From a virus, in the IMG/VR virus record IMGVR_UViG_3300029121_000010, positions 1 to 45,565 of that record: DNA of 45,565 bases; one strand, given 5' to 3'. The translations under genes were made by a program, and so were the position numbers. This document shows, one piece after another, positions 1 to 10,055 of this stretch (position 1 is the first letter of the stretch; every line of letters begins with the position of its first letter). Below the pieces are notes generated by a model. It saw only the letters and a list, made by a program, of their open reading frames with translations, ran no database searches and was not told the origin of the DNA.

Positions 1-77
1 TGTTTCCGCTGTAATCCATTTTTTATAACCCCACCGTGAAGCATTGCAAACTCATATCCCAACTGTTTGACCTTGTG
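1..77. repeat. terminal direct repeat, identical to 45489..45565 (circular/terminally redundant genome or assembly overlap)
   Basis: Exact 77-nt identity between window start and end. Gene order is continuous across the junction: the stop of 23..901 and the start of 44746..45507 are 3 nt apart inside the repeated block. Confidence 0.9.
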
Positions 78-901
78 TCTAGGTCAAAGTTGGCATTGTG
101 TATTTTGTAGGTTCCGTCCATCAGCGGATTAACGCTGCTTTTTACCTTTATTGTATTGGCGGGGGAGACACCCGGCACATACATTGCCTGAATGTCCACC
201 CCTATTTGTGCTTGTGCCGGCCCAGAAAGCAATGGGGCAACTTTCTTTAACCTTGATGCACCGTCAAGCACAACTGTATTGCTGAAGGTTTTTTTATCGC
301 CCACAGCCTTAAAGCTACCATTTTCTATAAACCAATTAAAGCCATATTGTTGACCAAGCTTGTCCAAAACGGCTCTTGCGTTGCCACTTGCCACAATTCC
401 GGAATATCCGGTTTTGCCATCTACGTTAATGTCTTCAGGGTTAACCCCAACCCCCTCGATTGATGCGGCAATCTTTTTTATCACTTCTTTAAGCTCTACC
501 TGTTGCTCAAAAGATTGAGAAACAACCGAACGCAAGAGATTGCTCTGCCCATCAAGTCCGTTTAAGTACGTGATGATGTCGGCTCCGCTTTTTTCAATCA
601 CAACCGACAAAACACCGCCGGAGAATAAAAGCTCTTTTTTCTGCCCCTTGTATCCGGCATAGACTTTCATGCTGAGTTGGCTCTGACAAATGGAGTTTCT
701 TGTTTCTCGGCTGAGGTTCCAAATGGAAACAGAGCTTGAGTTTGGCACGCCAAGCATGGTTTTTGATACGGCCGCCCGAACTCGCAATGTGTTTGGTGTG
801 CCATCTGATAAAATGCGGACAAGCGGACTTTTGCCCTCGTTTTTTTCCCAGTCTTTAAGCGGCCCAAATATAACCTCAATTTCCCGGCAAAAATCTGTCA
901 T
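23..901 (-). CDS. baseplate hub-like protein (P2 gpD / Mu gp44-like position)
   Basis: 292-aa ORF lying between the tape-measure-proximal genes and a gpV-like spike; it is translationally coupled (TAA-AAA-ATG) to the spike gene across the circular junction. Assignment is by synteny only. Confidence 0.4.
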   Translation of the reverse strand: MTDFCREIEVIFGPLKDWEKNEGKSPLVRILSDGTPNTLRVRAAVSKTMLGVPNSSSVSIWNLSRETRNSICQSQLSMKVYAGYKGQKKELLFSGGVLSVVIEKSGADIITYLNGLDGQSNLLRSVVSQSFEQQVELKEVIKKIAASIEGVGVNPEDINVDGKTGYSGIVASGNARAVLDKLGQQYGFNWFIENGSFKAVGDKKTFSNTVVLDGASRLKKVAPLLSGPAQAQIGVDIQAMYVPGVSPANTIKVKSSVNPLMDGTYKIHNANFDLDTRSNSWDMSLQCFTVGL

Positions 902-1251
902 AGCATTTTGTCCTCATAAGCTACCGGCACTTCTTCGCCTTTGGCATAATAAATCAAAAATGCGGTTGTTCCAAGGCTGTCTGGTGTGTCGTTGTTTCCG
1001 CCGTCTGTGGTCTGGACTTGGAATGCTTGCTCATCAAATTCTATGCACAAGCCTTTAACCAAGTTATCCACACCGGGGAGAAGACTAATTCCGGTCAAAA
1101 TCGGGTTTTCATTAATGTCATAAATATCCATCAGCCATGTTTGGGTTTTTGGCAAATAATATGTTTCTATGATATAATCCTTGCCGCCGAGGTTGTATGT
1201 TGCTCTGCGTGAGCCGTCATTGGTAAGTGGAACAATAAAAGGCATCTGCAA
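898..1251 (-). CDS. hypothetical tail/baseplate assembly protein
   Basis: 117-aa ORF whose start overlaps the stop of the upstream gene, inside the tail morphogenesis operon. Confidence 0.4.
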   Translation of the reverse strand: MQMPFIVPLTNDGSRRATYNLGGKDYIIETYYLPKTQTWLMDIYDINENPILTGISLLPGVDNLVKGLCIEFDEQAFQVQTTDGGNNDTPDSLGTTAFLIYYAKGEEVPVAYEDKML

Positions 1252-1257
1252 ATCTCC

Positions 1258-1830
1258 CTATGAAACAAAGCCGGATAACGTGCTTTTTAGGTTTCCGGTC
1301 ATCTTTTGCACTTGCTGCTTTCCGGCATTTACTGTGTTTGTCAAAGACTTTCCTATACCGCCCTCTTGCGACACAACATTGGCATTTTTTATCACTTGCA
1401 AATCAGAGAAGTTAAGCTCCTCAAAATCGCAAGCAATTTGCAAGGATCCCTTGTATGGTGCGGAGTGAAGCATGCGGACGTTTGAAATCATCATATTTGT
1501 GTAGGAATAATGCTCGGTTGTAACAGTTATAAGCTCTTGCGTGCGGCTGATGTTGTCCAGCTTGTCAAATATCTCTTGGCTCCGGCTTTCAAGCAAACTT
1601 GTCCATCCGGTATTGGTTACCCCAAAATTGATGGACAAAACCCTCGGATGAATGATGACATGGTCGGCAATAACGGCTCCGCTCTCAAGTGTGTTTTGCG
1701 TTACCTCGTTTTTGCGTGTGTGGTCTTCCGACATTTTTACATCGGCCATAATTTCGCCGTATGTCGGAGAGCTTATAAGAGCTTGCCCAAATAAAAAATT
1801 TGTAATTGTATTTAAGGATAAAGCTACCAT
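1258..1830 (-). CDS. hypothetical tail protein (position of Mu gp43 / DNA-circulation-like protein)
   Basis: 190-aa ORF immediately downstream of the tape measure gene on the minus strand. No motif recognised. Confidence 0.4.
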   Translation of the reverse strand: MVALSLNTITNFLFGQALISSPTYGEIMADVKMSEDHTRKNEVTQNTLESGAVIADHVIIHPRVLSINFGVTNTGWTSLLESRSQEIFDKLDNISRTQELITVTTEHYSYTNMMISNVRMLHSAPYKGSLQIACDFEELNFSDLQVIKNANVVSQEGGIGKSLTNTVNAGKQQVQKMTGNLKSTLSGFVS

Positions 1831-1833
1831 ATA

Positions 1834-3198
1834 TTACCTCACAAATGGTGTGAATTGTCCGGGGGTGTTGGTTTGAGCCGTGCTGATGTATGGTGTCATC
1901 ACGTTCATAACCTCTTGTGCATTGGCTCCGGTCATGATGGTTATTTGCGGAGAGTTATTAATTGTCGTGCTTCCTTGTCCTTGCAGCATTGCTTGATATG
2001 ATCCCTTGCCCTCGTAATTATCAAACCATGATGCACCCGTGGCAAATGCTTCTCCCATCTGTTGCGGAATTGTTGCTATTCCGGCAATGGCTGCTTTCCA
2101 CCAGCTTTCTTTTTTCCAACGCTCTGCCCAGTTATCCCATTTGTCAATGAGCTTGCCAAGAGCTGATTCTCCGTTCATGCACCAGATGACAAAATCTTCT
2201 ATGGCCAAAGCAGCAACTGTGAACGCTGTTCCAATCAATGCCAGTTTGGCAATCATTGGTGTAAATATAACCAGCAAGCCAAGCAAAGCACCTCGCAATG
2301 TGCCGCTGATGAGTGATGCCAAATCAATTTTATCATTAAATTCCCCTAAGTCTGGCAAAAACCCTTTTATGTTTTTGATAAACCGACCGAGAATATCCGT
2401 TGTTCCGGTTAAGCCATCTCCCAAGCCTTTGACGGTCTTTTCTATGCCTTGCTTCAAAATGCGAGAGTTTGCCACAATCCAATCTTTCATGGACGTAACA
2501 ACATCAGTTAAACCGGGAGCAACCGACAACGCAACCGTTCGGCCAATACCCTTAAATGCAAACTCCAATGCATTCAGCGACTTTTTAAATTCTGCCCCTC
2601 GTTTGAGTGTTTCTTCAGGGATAACTGCCCCAAGAGCATTTGCTTCCTTGCGGAGTTGCTCAAGACTTAAACGGCCTTGTTTGATTAAAACAAGCGTGTC
2701 GTTGCTCAAGCCAAGGCGGTTTGCCCATTGTAGGGCTTTTTGCTCGTTCATGCCGTTGAGTTTGTCGGCAATGTCGCCAAGCAAAGCATCGGCAGATTTC
2801 ATTTGACCGGATGCATCTCGGATGCCAATGCCCATCATGAACAATGCTTCGTTAAACTCTCCGGGAATTGGCGATGACATGGTTTCTATGAGCATTTGCA
2901 AGTCTGAGGTTACGGCATCAGAAGACACACCGACACTCTCGGCAGCGTATTTATATTCTTGCAGAGTTTTTGTGGCAATGCCGGTGGTCTTACTGAGGTT
3001 GGTTAATTCTACCGCTCCGTCTGATACCGATTTGATGGTGTAGGCAATAGCGGTTCCGGTGGCGGTTGCAGCAGCGGCAACTGTTTGCATTCCCTCACGC
3101 AAATCAGACAGCCCTTTTTTGAATGTTTCAAAGGCGGCTTTAGATTGGTCGCTCAGTTTGAAGCTCAAAAGCTGGACAAGTTCGTTTGCTATCGCCAT
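1834..3198 (-). CDS. tail tape measure protein
   Basis: 454-aa ORF with an alpha-helical, Ala/Gly/Leu-rich middle and a hydrophobic segment (LLGLLVIFTPMIAKLALIGTAFTVAALAI). It sits after the tube/chaperone genes, the classic tape-measure position. Confidence 0.75.
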   Translation of the reverse strand: MAIANELVQLLSFKLSDQSKAAFETFKKGLSDLREGMQTVAAAATATGTAIAYTIKSVSDGAVELTNLSKTTGIATKTLQEYKYAAESVGVSSDAVTSDLQMLIETMSSPIPGEFNEALFMMGIGIRDASGQMKSADALLGDIADKLNGMNEQKALQWANRLGLSNDTLVLIKQGRLSLEQLRKEANALGAVIPEETLKRGAEFKKSLNALEFAFKGIGRTVALSVAPGLTDVVTSMKDWIVANSRILKQGIEKTVKGLGDGLTGTTDILGRFIKNIKGFLPDLGEFNDKIDLASLISGTLRGALLGLLVIFTPMIAKLALIGTAFTVAALAIEDFVIWCMNGESALGKLIDKWDNWAERWKKESWWKAAIAGIATIPQQMGEAFATGASWFDNYEGKGSYQAMLQGQGSTTINNSPQITIMTGANAQEVMNVMTPYISTAQTNTPGQFTPFVR

Positions 3199-3201
3199 TT
3201 G

Positions 3202-3797
3202 TTATTCCCCTCTTGCTTGGCTCTCAGCATAATCAAGCCAATTGTCTATTTTTTTTGCAATGTAAAATGTTTTCACATCGCTGGTTTTGGTCAAATAATC
3301 AAGGTTTATAATACCTTTTTTGATTGGACCGGAGATAAAGCTGATGGCTCGATATCCATCTGGGATGTCGATAAGTTTGCCACCATTGATTTCAAGCCTA
3401 CTACTGCTGAATTCAGCGTAGCAGGCAATTGTTCCCCCAACAGTTCAACCATTGCAGCAACAACAACCAGCCAAAGCTCATGGCTGTTTTCTGTTTTTGA
3501 AAACCAGCTTTGAATAACCATCTCGTTGTCCAAGCGAACATTCTCCGGTGTGATTACTCGTTGCAAAACCTGATTAATAATTTGTTTTGTTTCTTCCGGA
3601 TTTATGGAAGAAAAAAGAGCAATAAAGTCGGTGTCTTCAACTTTTTTGTTCTTCTCGGTCACAATCTTTGTTAATCCGGCAAGGAGGCCGCCAAACTTGC
3701 TCAAAAACTCCAAGTGATACATGACGGCATCCATAACCGAATAGCTCTCAACCTTATAAACGTGGTTGTTTATTGTTATTTTTGAAAAATCCCCCAT
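3202..3797 (-). CDS. tail assembly chaperone, G and GT forms via -1 programmed ribosomal frameshift
   Basis: The zero-frame ORF 3306..3797 (163 aa) ends ...QSKKVL*. The slippery heptamer A_AAA_AAG lies 3 codons before the stop (minus strand tcA AAA AAG gta tta taa). The -1 frame then stays open for 37 codons (GIINLDYLTKTSDVKTFYIAKKIDNWLDYAESQARGE) and ends 3 nt before the tape-measure ATG, which is the canonical G/GT arrangement between tube and tape measure. Confidence 0.6.
3315..3321 (-). other. -1 frameshift slippery heptamer A_AAA_AAG
   Basis: Plus-strand cttttttg read on the minus strand gives tcAAAAAAG in the zero frame of the chaperone ORF. It is the same heptamer as the E. coli dnaX slip site. 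Confidence 0.55.
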
Positions 3798-3819
3798 TTT
3801 TATCTCCTATGATTTTTCA

Positions 3820-4227
3820 TTAATTGATTAAATAATCAGTTCCAACAAAGGTGTATGTGATACCGCCTTGTTTCTTGTCGCCCGTGCTAAGGCTTGACGG
3901 GTTGCTTACCATTGCGTTGGTAATTGTTACCAGCATATCGGCACCGGTACGCAAAACAAAGACGGATGTTACACCGGTTCTTTGTTGCAATGTCTTTGCG
4001 GTTTCAAGCATAGAAATTGATTGAGATGTTTCTCGGAACGTGATTGACACTCTGATGCCTTGGTCGGTAGCTTGGTTTAATCCGCCGCCGTCTGTTCCCT
4101 CGGTGATGTCAACTTCTCCGCCCACACGTTCGAGCACAATAGAGCTTCCGTCCATCAAGCCTTTCAAATCAATACCATTAAAAGATGCGGAACAGTTTCT
4201 TTGGTTATAAACTTTTTTAATTGACAT
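3820..4227 (-). CDS. tail tube protein
   Basis: 135-aa ORF directly downstream of the sheath gene and upstream of the chaperone/tape-measure genes. Confidence 0.55.
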   Translation of the reverse strand: MSIKKVYNQRNCSASFNGIDLKGLMDGSSIVLERVGGEVDITEGTDGGGLNQATDQGIRVSITFRETSQSISMLETAKTLQQRTGVTSVFVLRTGADMLVTITNAMVSNPSSLSTGDKKQGGITYTFVGTDYLIN

Positions 4228-4239
4228 TGTTTATTCTCC

Positions 4240-5709
4240 CTACTCTGTAACAGTAATGTTCAAAGCAATGGTTCTCATTGAACCGCTGTCATTGACATTG
4301 ACTTGGATTGGTGTGCCAATACCGGCTTTGCGTTGTGCCGATGTGGTTTCAGAAATTTCTTGCGGAATAAGTTCAACCGCAGGCACCAAAGACAAGCCGT
4401 TTTCTGAAGCATCGTTTTGTTCTTCTCGGTCGGCAAATGAGCCGTTTTTGGTGTATTTCTTACCAATTTTAGATGCGGCAGAAAGAAGCAAGTTTTGACC
4501 TGCCGGAGTATATGCAACCTTTTTGTTACGCAAGAATACGTTCAGGGTTTCAATCTCTAATTCTGAGATAAAGTTGCAGATATTAACCCAGCTATCGGTT
4601 CTCCAGTCAATAGATGATTGGTCGCCGTTGCGGACAATCTTTTTGCCGGTGTCGCCAACGTATAAAATGGTGTTTGCTCTTTTGCTTTCAAGAACAGTCC
4701 AGTTTGCTTCCACATCCGGCAAGCTTGCGGCTTCAATGCCAATGTCTTTGAACTTGCCATCAATAACTTGGTCGTCCAAGCTATAGTTAACGGCCAAAAA
4801 TTCAGCCAAATAAGCAATATCAGGATAAACCTGAGCGTTGTTGTGGTAGAATGTGGCAACGTTGCTCATGCCTTTTTTGTTGCAATATGCAACAATGTTG
4901 TTGCTATCGCTTGCAGAATATGCGGTTGGGTTGTTTGATACCAAAGAGCAAACTGAGCGATATGAGCGTGCATTTACCCAATCAGCAAAGTCTTTTTGGT
5001 CTTGCGTATCTCTGTATCCAGCATCCAAAGCAAAGCCAAACACGTTAACGCCCATTTTGTTGGCAAAATCAATACATTGGTTTATTTCTTCTAAGAATGT
5101 GCCGTGTTTGTATCCGTCCACAACAGTTGCACCGGCTTTTTCAGACAATCCAAGCATGTCGGATACGTCTGTTCCGCTATCTGGTGCCATGGCATGGCTG
5201 ATGGTGGATGATGTGCCTTGTGTGGCAGATTTTACAAGCAATTGGCCATTGTAGTCGCTGGCAACAAATGCACTGCTTGCGGCTCCGTTCAAAACTTCGG
5301 CAACTTTTTCAATTGATGTTGCAGATTGGAAGTCAAGACCGGAAATGTCTTTTACTTGTCCATCAACCGTGATTTTGAAAGCACCATCGGAAACGGCTTT
5401 TAATTCGTCCAATTTAACCACCGGAGACAAAGCATAAGCAGCTTGGTCGGCATCATAAATTGCAGAGATTGCCATTCTCTTTGGTCTGTTTGTTTTTGAA
5501 AAGAAAGCATTGCCGGCCCAATATACAGTATCGCCAACCGTGCAATATTTTTGATATCCATCCCATGTGGATGCCAACTTTACTCTTTCGCCATGCAAAA
5601 AGTTTGTCTTGTTTGAGAACAAACTAAGCAAGGTCATATCTCTTGCAGCCGCTCCGCTCGCTTTGGAAAGGCTGAATTGAATGTCATAAGAAATTGGTAA
5701 TTGAGACAT
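4240..5709 (-). CDS. contractile tail sheath protein
   Basis: 489-aa ORF in the sheath-tube-chaperone-tape-measure order, with a beta-rich composition typical of sheath proteins. Confidence 0.6.
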   Translation of the reverse strand: MSQLPISYDIQFSLSKASGAAARDMTLLSLFSNKTNFLHGERVKLASTWDGYQKYCTVGDTVYWAGNAFFSKTNRPKRMAISAIYDADQAAYALSPVVKLDELKAVSDGAFKITVDGQVKDISGLDFQSATSIEKVAEVLNGAASSAFVASDYNGQLLVKSATQGTSSTISHAMAPDSGTDVSDMLGLSEKAGATVVDGYKHGTFLEEINQCIDFANKMGVNVFGFALDAGYRDTQDQKDFADWVNARSYRSVCSLVSNNPTAYSASDSNNIVAYCNKKGMSNVATFYHNNAQVYPDIAYLAEFLAVNYSLDDQVIDGKFKDIGIEAASLPDVEANWTVLESKRANTILYVGDTGKKIVRNGDQSSIDWRTDSWVNICNFISELEIETLNVFLRNKKVAYTPAGQNLLLSAASKIGKKYTKNGSFADREEQNDASENGLSLVPAVELIPQEISETTSAQRKAGIGTPIQVNVNDSGSMRTIALNITVTE

Positions 5710-5728
5710 CTTATTCTCCTACTTCTTG

Positions 5729-6337
5729 TTATTTGTTAATTTCAAGCACAAATTTGTTATCATTATTTATGCTTTCCACAGTTATGTCAACCGTATCAAA
5801 ACTGTCAACTTCTGATTTCGGCTGCTTGTCTTGCCAAAGGGCATTCATGTAAATTGTGACGATTGCCCTCGGCTGAGCGGCTCCCATAAACGGCATGGAT
5901 ATGTCTTGCACGCTGTCATGTCCGCCTAAGCCCATATATTCCCACAACGGAGCGTTTTTGAATTTTTGCTCCATGTCTGGGTTGCTCTCTGCTCCGTAGA
6001 AGCGTTCATCATGTTTGAGCTTGGCAATAAAAGATTTGAGCTTGTCCATGGCTCCCTTGCCGTATGCCTGAATTTCAAACTCCATGATTGTTTCTTGGAT
6101 TTCGTCATATATCATATTGCCATATTCATCCACGCTTTCTTCGCTGATGTCGTATTGATACGGCAAATCGTCCTTTAAGCGGACGGTGCAATATTGGTTT
6201 GCCGCCTGCGGACCTTGCGATGGCCAAAGGATTGTTTCCCATCCGGTGGCAAGTTTGACCGCCGCCCGGATAAGCTCTTTTGCTTCCTCTGTCGTTACTG
6301 TCTTAACCATTGGCAATATCCTTGAACTTAATCGCAT
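5729..6337 (-). CDS. hypothetical tail completion / head-tail joining protein
   Basis: 202-aa ORF between the head-tail connector genes and the sheath gene. Confidence 0.4.
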   Translation of the reverse strand: MRLSSRILPMVKTVTTEEAKELIRAAVKLATGWETILWPSQGPQAANQYCTVRLKDDLPYQYDISEESVDEYGNMIYDEIQETIMEFEIQAYGKGAMDKLKSFIAKLKHDERFYGAESNPDMEQKFKNAPLWEYMGLGGHDSVQDISMPFMGAAQPRAIVTIYMNALWQDKQPKSEVDSFDTVDITVESINNDNKFVLEINK

Positions 6338-6707
6338 AATAGCTTCGGAAGTTTGAATTTTTGGCGGTTTTCGGGTTTCTTTTTATAATAAACTCTTTAC
6401 CATCAATCACAACGTATGTTTGCTTGTTTTGGATTGTCGCGTTGTTCTGGTCCATAATAAAGAACTCGTCATAATCTTTGGCAAACATAATGCTGTATGC
6501 CTCGTCAACAAGGTTGCCCTCGCTTAAGATTTCGAGTATTTCTTCTTCCACATCGAGCAAAATGGCTTCATCAATGGTGCGTTCGTTTTCCTTTGTCATA
6601 ACCCATTCGCCCCGGACATATTGCCCCACCATCTCATAGGCGGTGAAGCTCTCCGGGCAAGCAAATTCTGCTAACGTTTGGCTAAAATCAAAGGGCAGTA
6701 TCGACAT
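6303..6707 (-). CDS. hypothetical head-tail joining protein
   Basis: 134-aa ORF inside the structural operon, with overlapping start and stop. Confidence 0.4.
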   Translation of the reverse strand: MSILPFDFSQTLAEFACPESFTAYEMVGQYVRGEWVMTKENERTIDEAILLDVEEEILEILSEGNLVDEAYSIMFAKDYDEFFIMDQNNATIQNKQTYVVIDGKEFIIKRNPKTAKNSNFRSYYAIKFKDIANG

Positions 6708-6709
6708 TG

Positions 6710-6985
6710 CTATTTTGCCCCCTCAATGATTTTGTCATAATCGTGCATAGTTAAAAATGAGCGCGGCTCTCCGCTTTCCTCATAGCCTTGCAATAATCTT
6801 GTTATGTTTTCGGTTACGATGTGCAAATCGACATCATCTTTTGCATCTTCTCTGGCAAACTCCAAAAGGCGGATAAACAAAGGCACATCCAAATGAATGC
6901 CGTCTATGCCTCTCATGGAGTTTTTAACCCGAATTGTTTTTGAGAAATCACGCATTTTGTTTTCTCCTATCATTGTTTTTCTCAA
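6710..6985 (-). CDS. hypothetical structural-module protein
   Basis: 91-aa ORF tightly packed against its neighbours. Confidence 0.4.
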   Translation of the reverse strand: MRKTMIGENKMRDFSKTIRVKNSMRGIDGIHLDVPLFIRLLEFAREDAKDDVDLHIVTENITRLLQGYEESGEPRSFLTMHDYDKIIEGAK

Positions 6986-7018
6986 GTTTACCCCACAAAA
7001 AATACAAAGTCAAAAGGA

Positions 7019-7594
7019 CTATTTTTTCTTTTTGCGGACAACGTAGGTTGCTGCGTTGGCCATTGCTCCGGTATCCACAAGCGGATTGTTGCTCTTTTTG
7101 CCCTCAACCTTGAACAATTTACCGCTTTTTTTGTTGTGCATCCATCCGCCATTGATGGTTATGGGTGCGTTTGCCGGTGTTTTTAGGTCAACAATCGCTT
7201 TTTTTATCTCGGTTGCTCCAATCTGTCCGGCATTTTCTAACGCTTCCACAGCGTCCATTTTTCCGTTGACAACCTCATTATAAAGGTCAGGAGCGATTTT
7301 GTTCCATCGCTCCTTGGCTTTTTTTCCTGATGGTGTCATAAAATCACGGGCAGGAGAATTATATGTTCCATAATTATTCCAGATTGCCACGTCTATGATA
7401 CTGGCCCCGTTGTCATAGTGTGGTGTGTTGAGTTCTTTTTGTCCGGATGGAAATCCGGCGGCTGCTTCTATCTCGGTAAGTTTTACCGCTTTGGCCATGA
7501 CCTTATCAAGCCAATCGGGATTGTTTTCTTTGTTTATTTTTGCCGACATAGAAACATTTGACATTTTATCCTCGGCAACAGTAATTTTCGCCAC
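7019..7594 (-). CDS. hypothetical head-completion protein
   Basis: 191-aa ORF overlapping the upstream gene. Confidence 0.4.
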   Translation of the reverse strand: MAKITVAEDKMSNVSMSAKINKENNPDWLDKVMAKAVKLTEIEAAAGFPSGQKELNTPHYDNGASIIDVAIWNNYGTYNSPARDFMTPSGKKAKERWNKIAPDLYNEVVNGKMDAVEALENAGQIGATEIKKAIVDLKTPANAPITINGGWMHNKKSGKLFKVEGKKSNNPLVDTGAMANAATYVVRKKKK

Positions 7595-7991
7595 TTAAAA
7601 CCACATAGCCGGCCGGCATTACCATGTTCATCAATGATAAAAACTCCAAGCCGTAGCTTGTGCGTGCGTAGTCGGCTTCCATCGGGTTTTCTGATGAAAC
7701 CATCGCGCTGTGGCTGTATGAATTTGACAGGCTGGCATTGCTTGCGCTTTGCGAGTTTACTAAGCCCGGATTAATAGAATTTTTTTTGTTGTTTTTTAGT
7801 GCCTTGGCAATGTTATATTCCAACGCAAGGCGGTGAGCAGTCCACAAGAACAGAGCTTCATCACGCACATCGCCCCAAGACGTATCGCTCAAGACTTTGT
7901 CGCCCAGATTTCCCTTAAATTCAACAGTTGCTTGTGGAATGTCGGAAAATTCGGGATATACGGCAATAAATTGTGCATAATCAAAACTCAT
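7566..7991 (-). CDS. head-tail adaptor-like protein
   Basis: 141-aa ORF located after the capsid gene in the region. Confidence 0.4.
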   Translation of the reverse strand: MSFDYAQFIAVYPEFSDIPQATVEFKGNLGDKVLSDTSWGDVRDEALFLWTAHRLALEYNIAKALKNNKKNSINPGLVNSQSASNASLSNSYSHSAMVSSENPMEADYARTSYGLEFLSLMNMVMPAGYVVLSGENYCCRG

Positions 7992-8016
7992 GTTCTTGCT
8001 TCCTACTTTTGGCTAC

Positions 8017-8451
8017 TTAATCCAATGTAATTGAACCAGCGGCTTCTTTCTTCTTTACTTCTGCGGACACGGTGCGACCGTCTTCGTGTTTCTCGACCGG
8101 ATTTGTCAGTTCGGCCGGCGCATCATCAGGAGTTACAGAGATGTCTTTGCGCTCTGCTTCCTGTGCGTCCGCTTGGTAATTGCATCTGATTAAACCTTTA
8201 TCAAGCCAGATTTTAATCATATCATTGTTTTTCAGCTCCTGAAAAACGCCTTTATCCACAGATTTTAATTCCTTAGGATAAATCATGATTTTATGACCGC
8301 CCTCGTTTAGCAAAATCGGGTTTGTGGTCATATTTGTTAAAACCACCGTTCCGCTTGCCGCCGAAAGGTTTTTAGCTGTCTGGTTTGTTGGAGCCGCTTT
8401 TTGTGCGGCGGCTCCGTTATTTTGTTTTTTTGTTTTTGCTGGAAAAGCCAT
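8017..8451 (-). CDS. hypothetical capsid-associated protein
   Basis: 144-aa ORF immediately downstream of the major capsid gene. Confidence 0.4.
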   Translation of the reverse strand: MAFPAKTKKQNNGAAAQKAAPTNQTAKNLSAASGTVVLTNMTTNPILLNEGGHKIMIYPKELKSVDKGVFQELKNNDMIKIWLDKGLIRCNYQADAQEAERKDISVTPDDAPAELTNPVEKHEDGRTVSAEVKKKEAAGSITLD

Positions 8452-8482
8452 ATTGGTATCTCCCCATTGAATTAATTAGTTA

Positions 8483-9466
8483 CTAAATGCCATCTACATA
8501 CAAAGTAGACAACGGCTGACGGATTACATAAGAACCGTGTTTCTGTTCCGAATAGAACTCTGCGCCCAGCGGAACCGGAACTGGTGCCTGCAAGGTGTAG
8601 CCCATCGGGAACGGCAAAGCCTGATTGCGTTTGCTTCTGTCCTGCAAAATCATGCGCCCTTTGTCGCCGGAATCGTTTGCGTTCTTCAGGTAACGGATAG
8701 GAATGATTTCGAGTTCTTTTCCGCGCTGATTTGTGTAGATGTTGTATTTCTTCACATAATCCAAAGCAGATTGGAACACAGCGGCAGAAGCTCCCAAGGT
8801 GTACGGAGTGGTCGCCAAGAGGTTGAACTGCTCTAACGGCAAGAATACCGTGTTGGGCAGGAACACGCCTCTGGAGTTGGTCCATACGGTAGCCAAACCA
8901 TCGGTAATATCTTTTACCATTTCAGCGGCCGTTTTCTTGCTCCAAGCCGTACCACCGGCGGCAGCTGTCGAAGCTGTGGAGATGGTAACACCGGGGAAGT
9001 TCATAAAGCCTTTGAAGCCTACGGAATCATCACCGAAGAAGAAAGAGCGTTCAACCAAGTTATCGCAGGCAAAACGCATACATTCGCCCAAATCCTGAGC
9101 CAAGTTTCCGTTAAAGCCCATCTGATACTGGCGAGCATCTTCGTTGTCGATTTTAGCCCCGACATTGGAAGCGCACAACGGAACAGTGGACGAACCGGCC
9201 GTCTGGCTTACCATCGGGATGTTGTTGTTTTCAGCCTGGCCTCTGAATGCGGCGGCACCCTGGCGGTCACGGCTGATGAATGCATACTGAGTTGCACCGG
9301 CGTTAATATCAGAAAGCACCTGATCTTCTTTTACGACTTTATACCAGTCATGCTCCGGATATTCGACATCATAAAACGCAGAATCAACAGCGGTATAGAT
9401 GCTGAATGCGATTTCCTGCATATTTACGTTTGCTTGTCCGCCGTATGTGAAAGAACCTTTAGACAT
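8483..9466 (-). CDS. major capsid protein
   Basis: 327-aa ORF following a protease/scaffold gene and a small structural gene. Its size and position fit a major capsid protein of the DUF2184-type fold. Confidence 0.65.
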   Translation of the reverse strand: MSKGSFTYGGQANVNMQEIAFSIYTAVDSAFYDVEYPEHDWYKVVKEDQVLSDINAGATQYAFISRDRQGAAAFRGQAENNNIPMVSQTAGSSTVPLCASNVGAKIDNEDARQYQMGFNGNLAQDLGECMRFACDNLVERSFFFGDDSVGFKGFMNFPGVTISTASTAAAGGTAWSKKTAAEMVKDITDGLATVWTNSRGVFLPNTVFLPLEQFNLLATTPYTLGASAAVFQSALDYVKKYNIYTNQRGKELEIIPIRYLKNANDSGDKGRMILQDRSKRNQALPFPMGYTLQAPVPVPLGAEFYSEQKHGSYVIRQPLSTLYVDGI

Positions 9467-9479
9467 GTTTTATTCTCCC

Positions 9480-10037
9480 CTACGCTACGATTTCGATTAA
9501 AGCCAAATCATCCTTAGAACCTGAGTTGCGGATTTTCAGCTTGGTTAATTCAAAGTTTTTGCTTGCTTCGGTAGTTACAGTCAAATGACCTTTACCGCCG
9601 GCAGCGGCATCATCGGTATAAGCGATGTATACTTTTGAAGCCGGAGTAAATGCGGCCGGCATTTTATACCAGAAACGACCGCCTACTCTGTCGTATCTCA
9701 AGACAGTGGCCTGACGTTTTGCCGGAACATAGTTTTTGCCGGATGCATCGGTGCATCCTGCCTGTGTTCTGATTACAAAGCCATAGATTGCGGCGGCATC
9801 AGCGGCCGGCAATTTTGCCTCTAAATCGTTAATACCGGAAATTTTAGCCGATGCGATAGCACTTGCCACAACACCACAACCAACATCAATTCCGTTTGCT
9901 TCGCCAACAGAAATGGCATCGCAAAGGTTGATGTCGCTGGCTGCGTAAAGTCCGCCATGAACACCTGCCGCCGGCTGGTCGAATACTGCGCCCTGAATAG
10001 GACCAAAAGCAGTACCCATATAAACACCTCTAGACAT
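9480..10037 (-). CDS. head structural protein (decoration/cement-like, DUF2190-like position)
   Basis: 185-aa Gly/Ala-rich ORF between the protease/scaffold gene and the capsid gene. Confidence 0.4.
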   Translation of the reverse strand: MSRGVYMGTAFGPIQGAVFDQPAAGVHGGLYAASDINLCDAISVGEANGIDVGCGVVASAIASAKISGINDLEAKLPAADAAAIYGFVIRTQAGCTDASGKNYVPAKRQATVLRYDRVGGRFWYKMPAAFTPASKVYIAYTDDAAAGGKGHLTVTTEASKNFELTKLKIRNSGSKDDLALIEIVA

Positions 10038-10055
10038 GTTTGTTTCTCCTACTTG

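Noticed and set aside
2039-2806. 255-aa plus-strand ORF antisense to the tape-measure gene
   Set aside because: The sequence is Ser/Ala/Pro-rich and low-complexity and is fully embedded antisense in a well-supported CDS. There is no RBS. It is a typical shadow ORF.
8472-8885. 137-aa minus-strand ORF overlapping the major capsid gene in another frame
   Set aside because: It is Arg/Cys/His-rich and atypical in composition, and it is entirely inside the capsid CDS.
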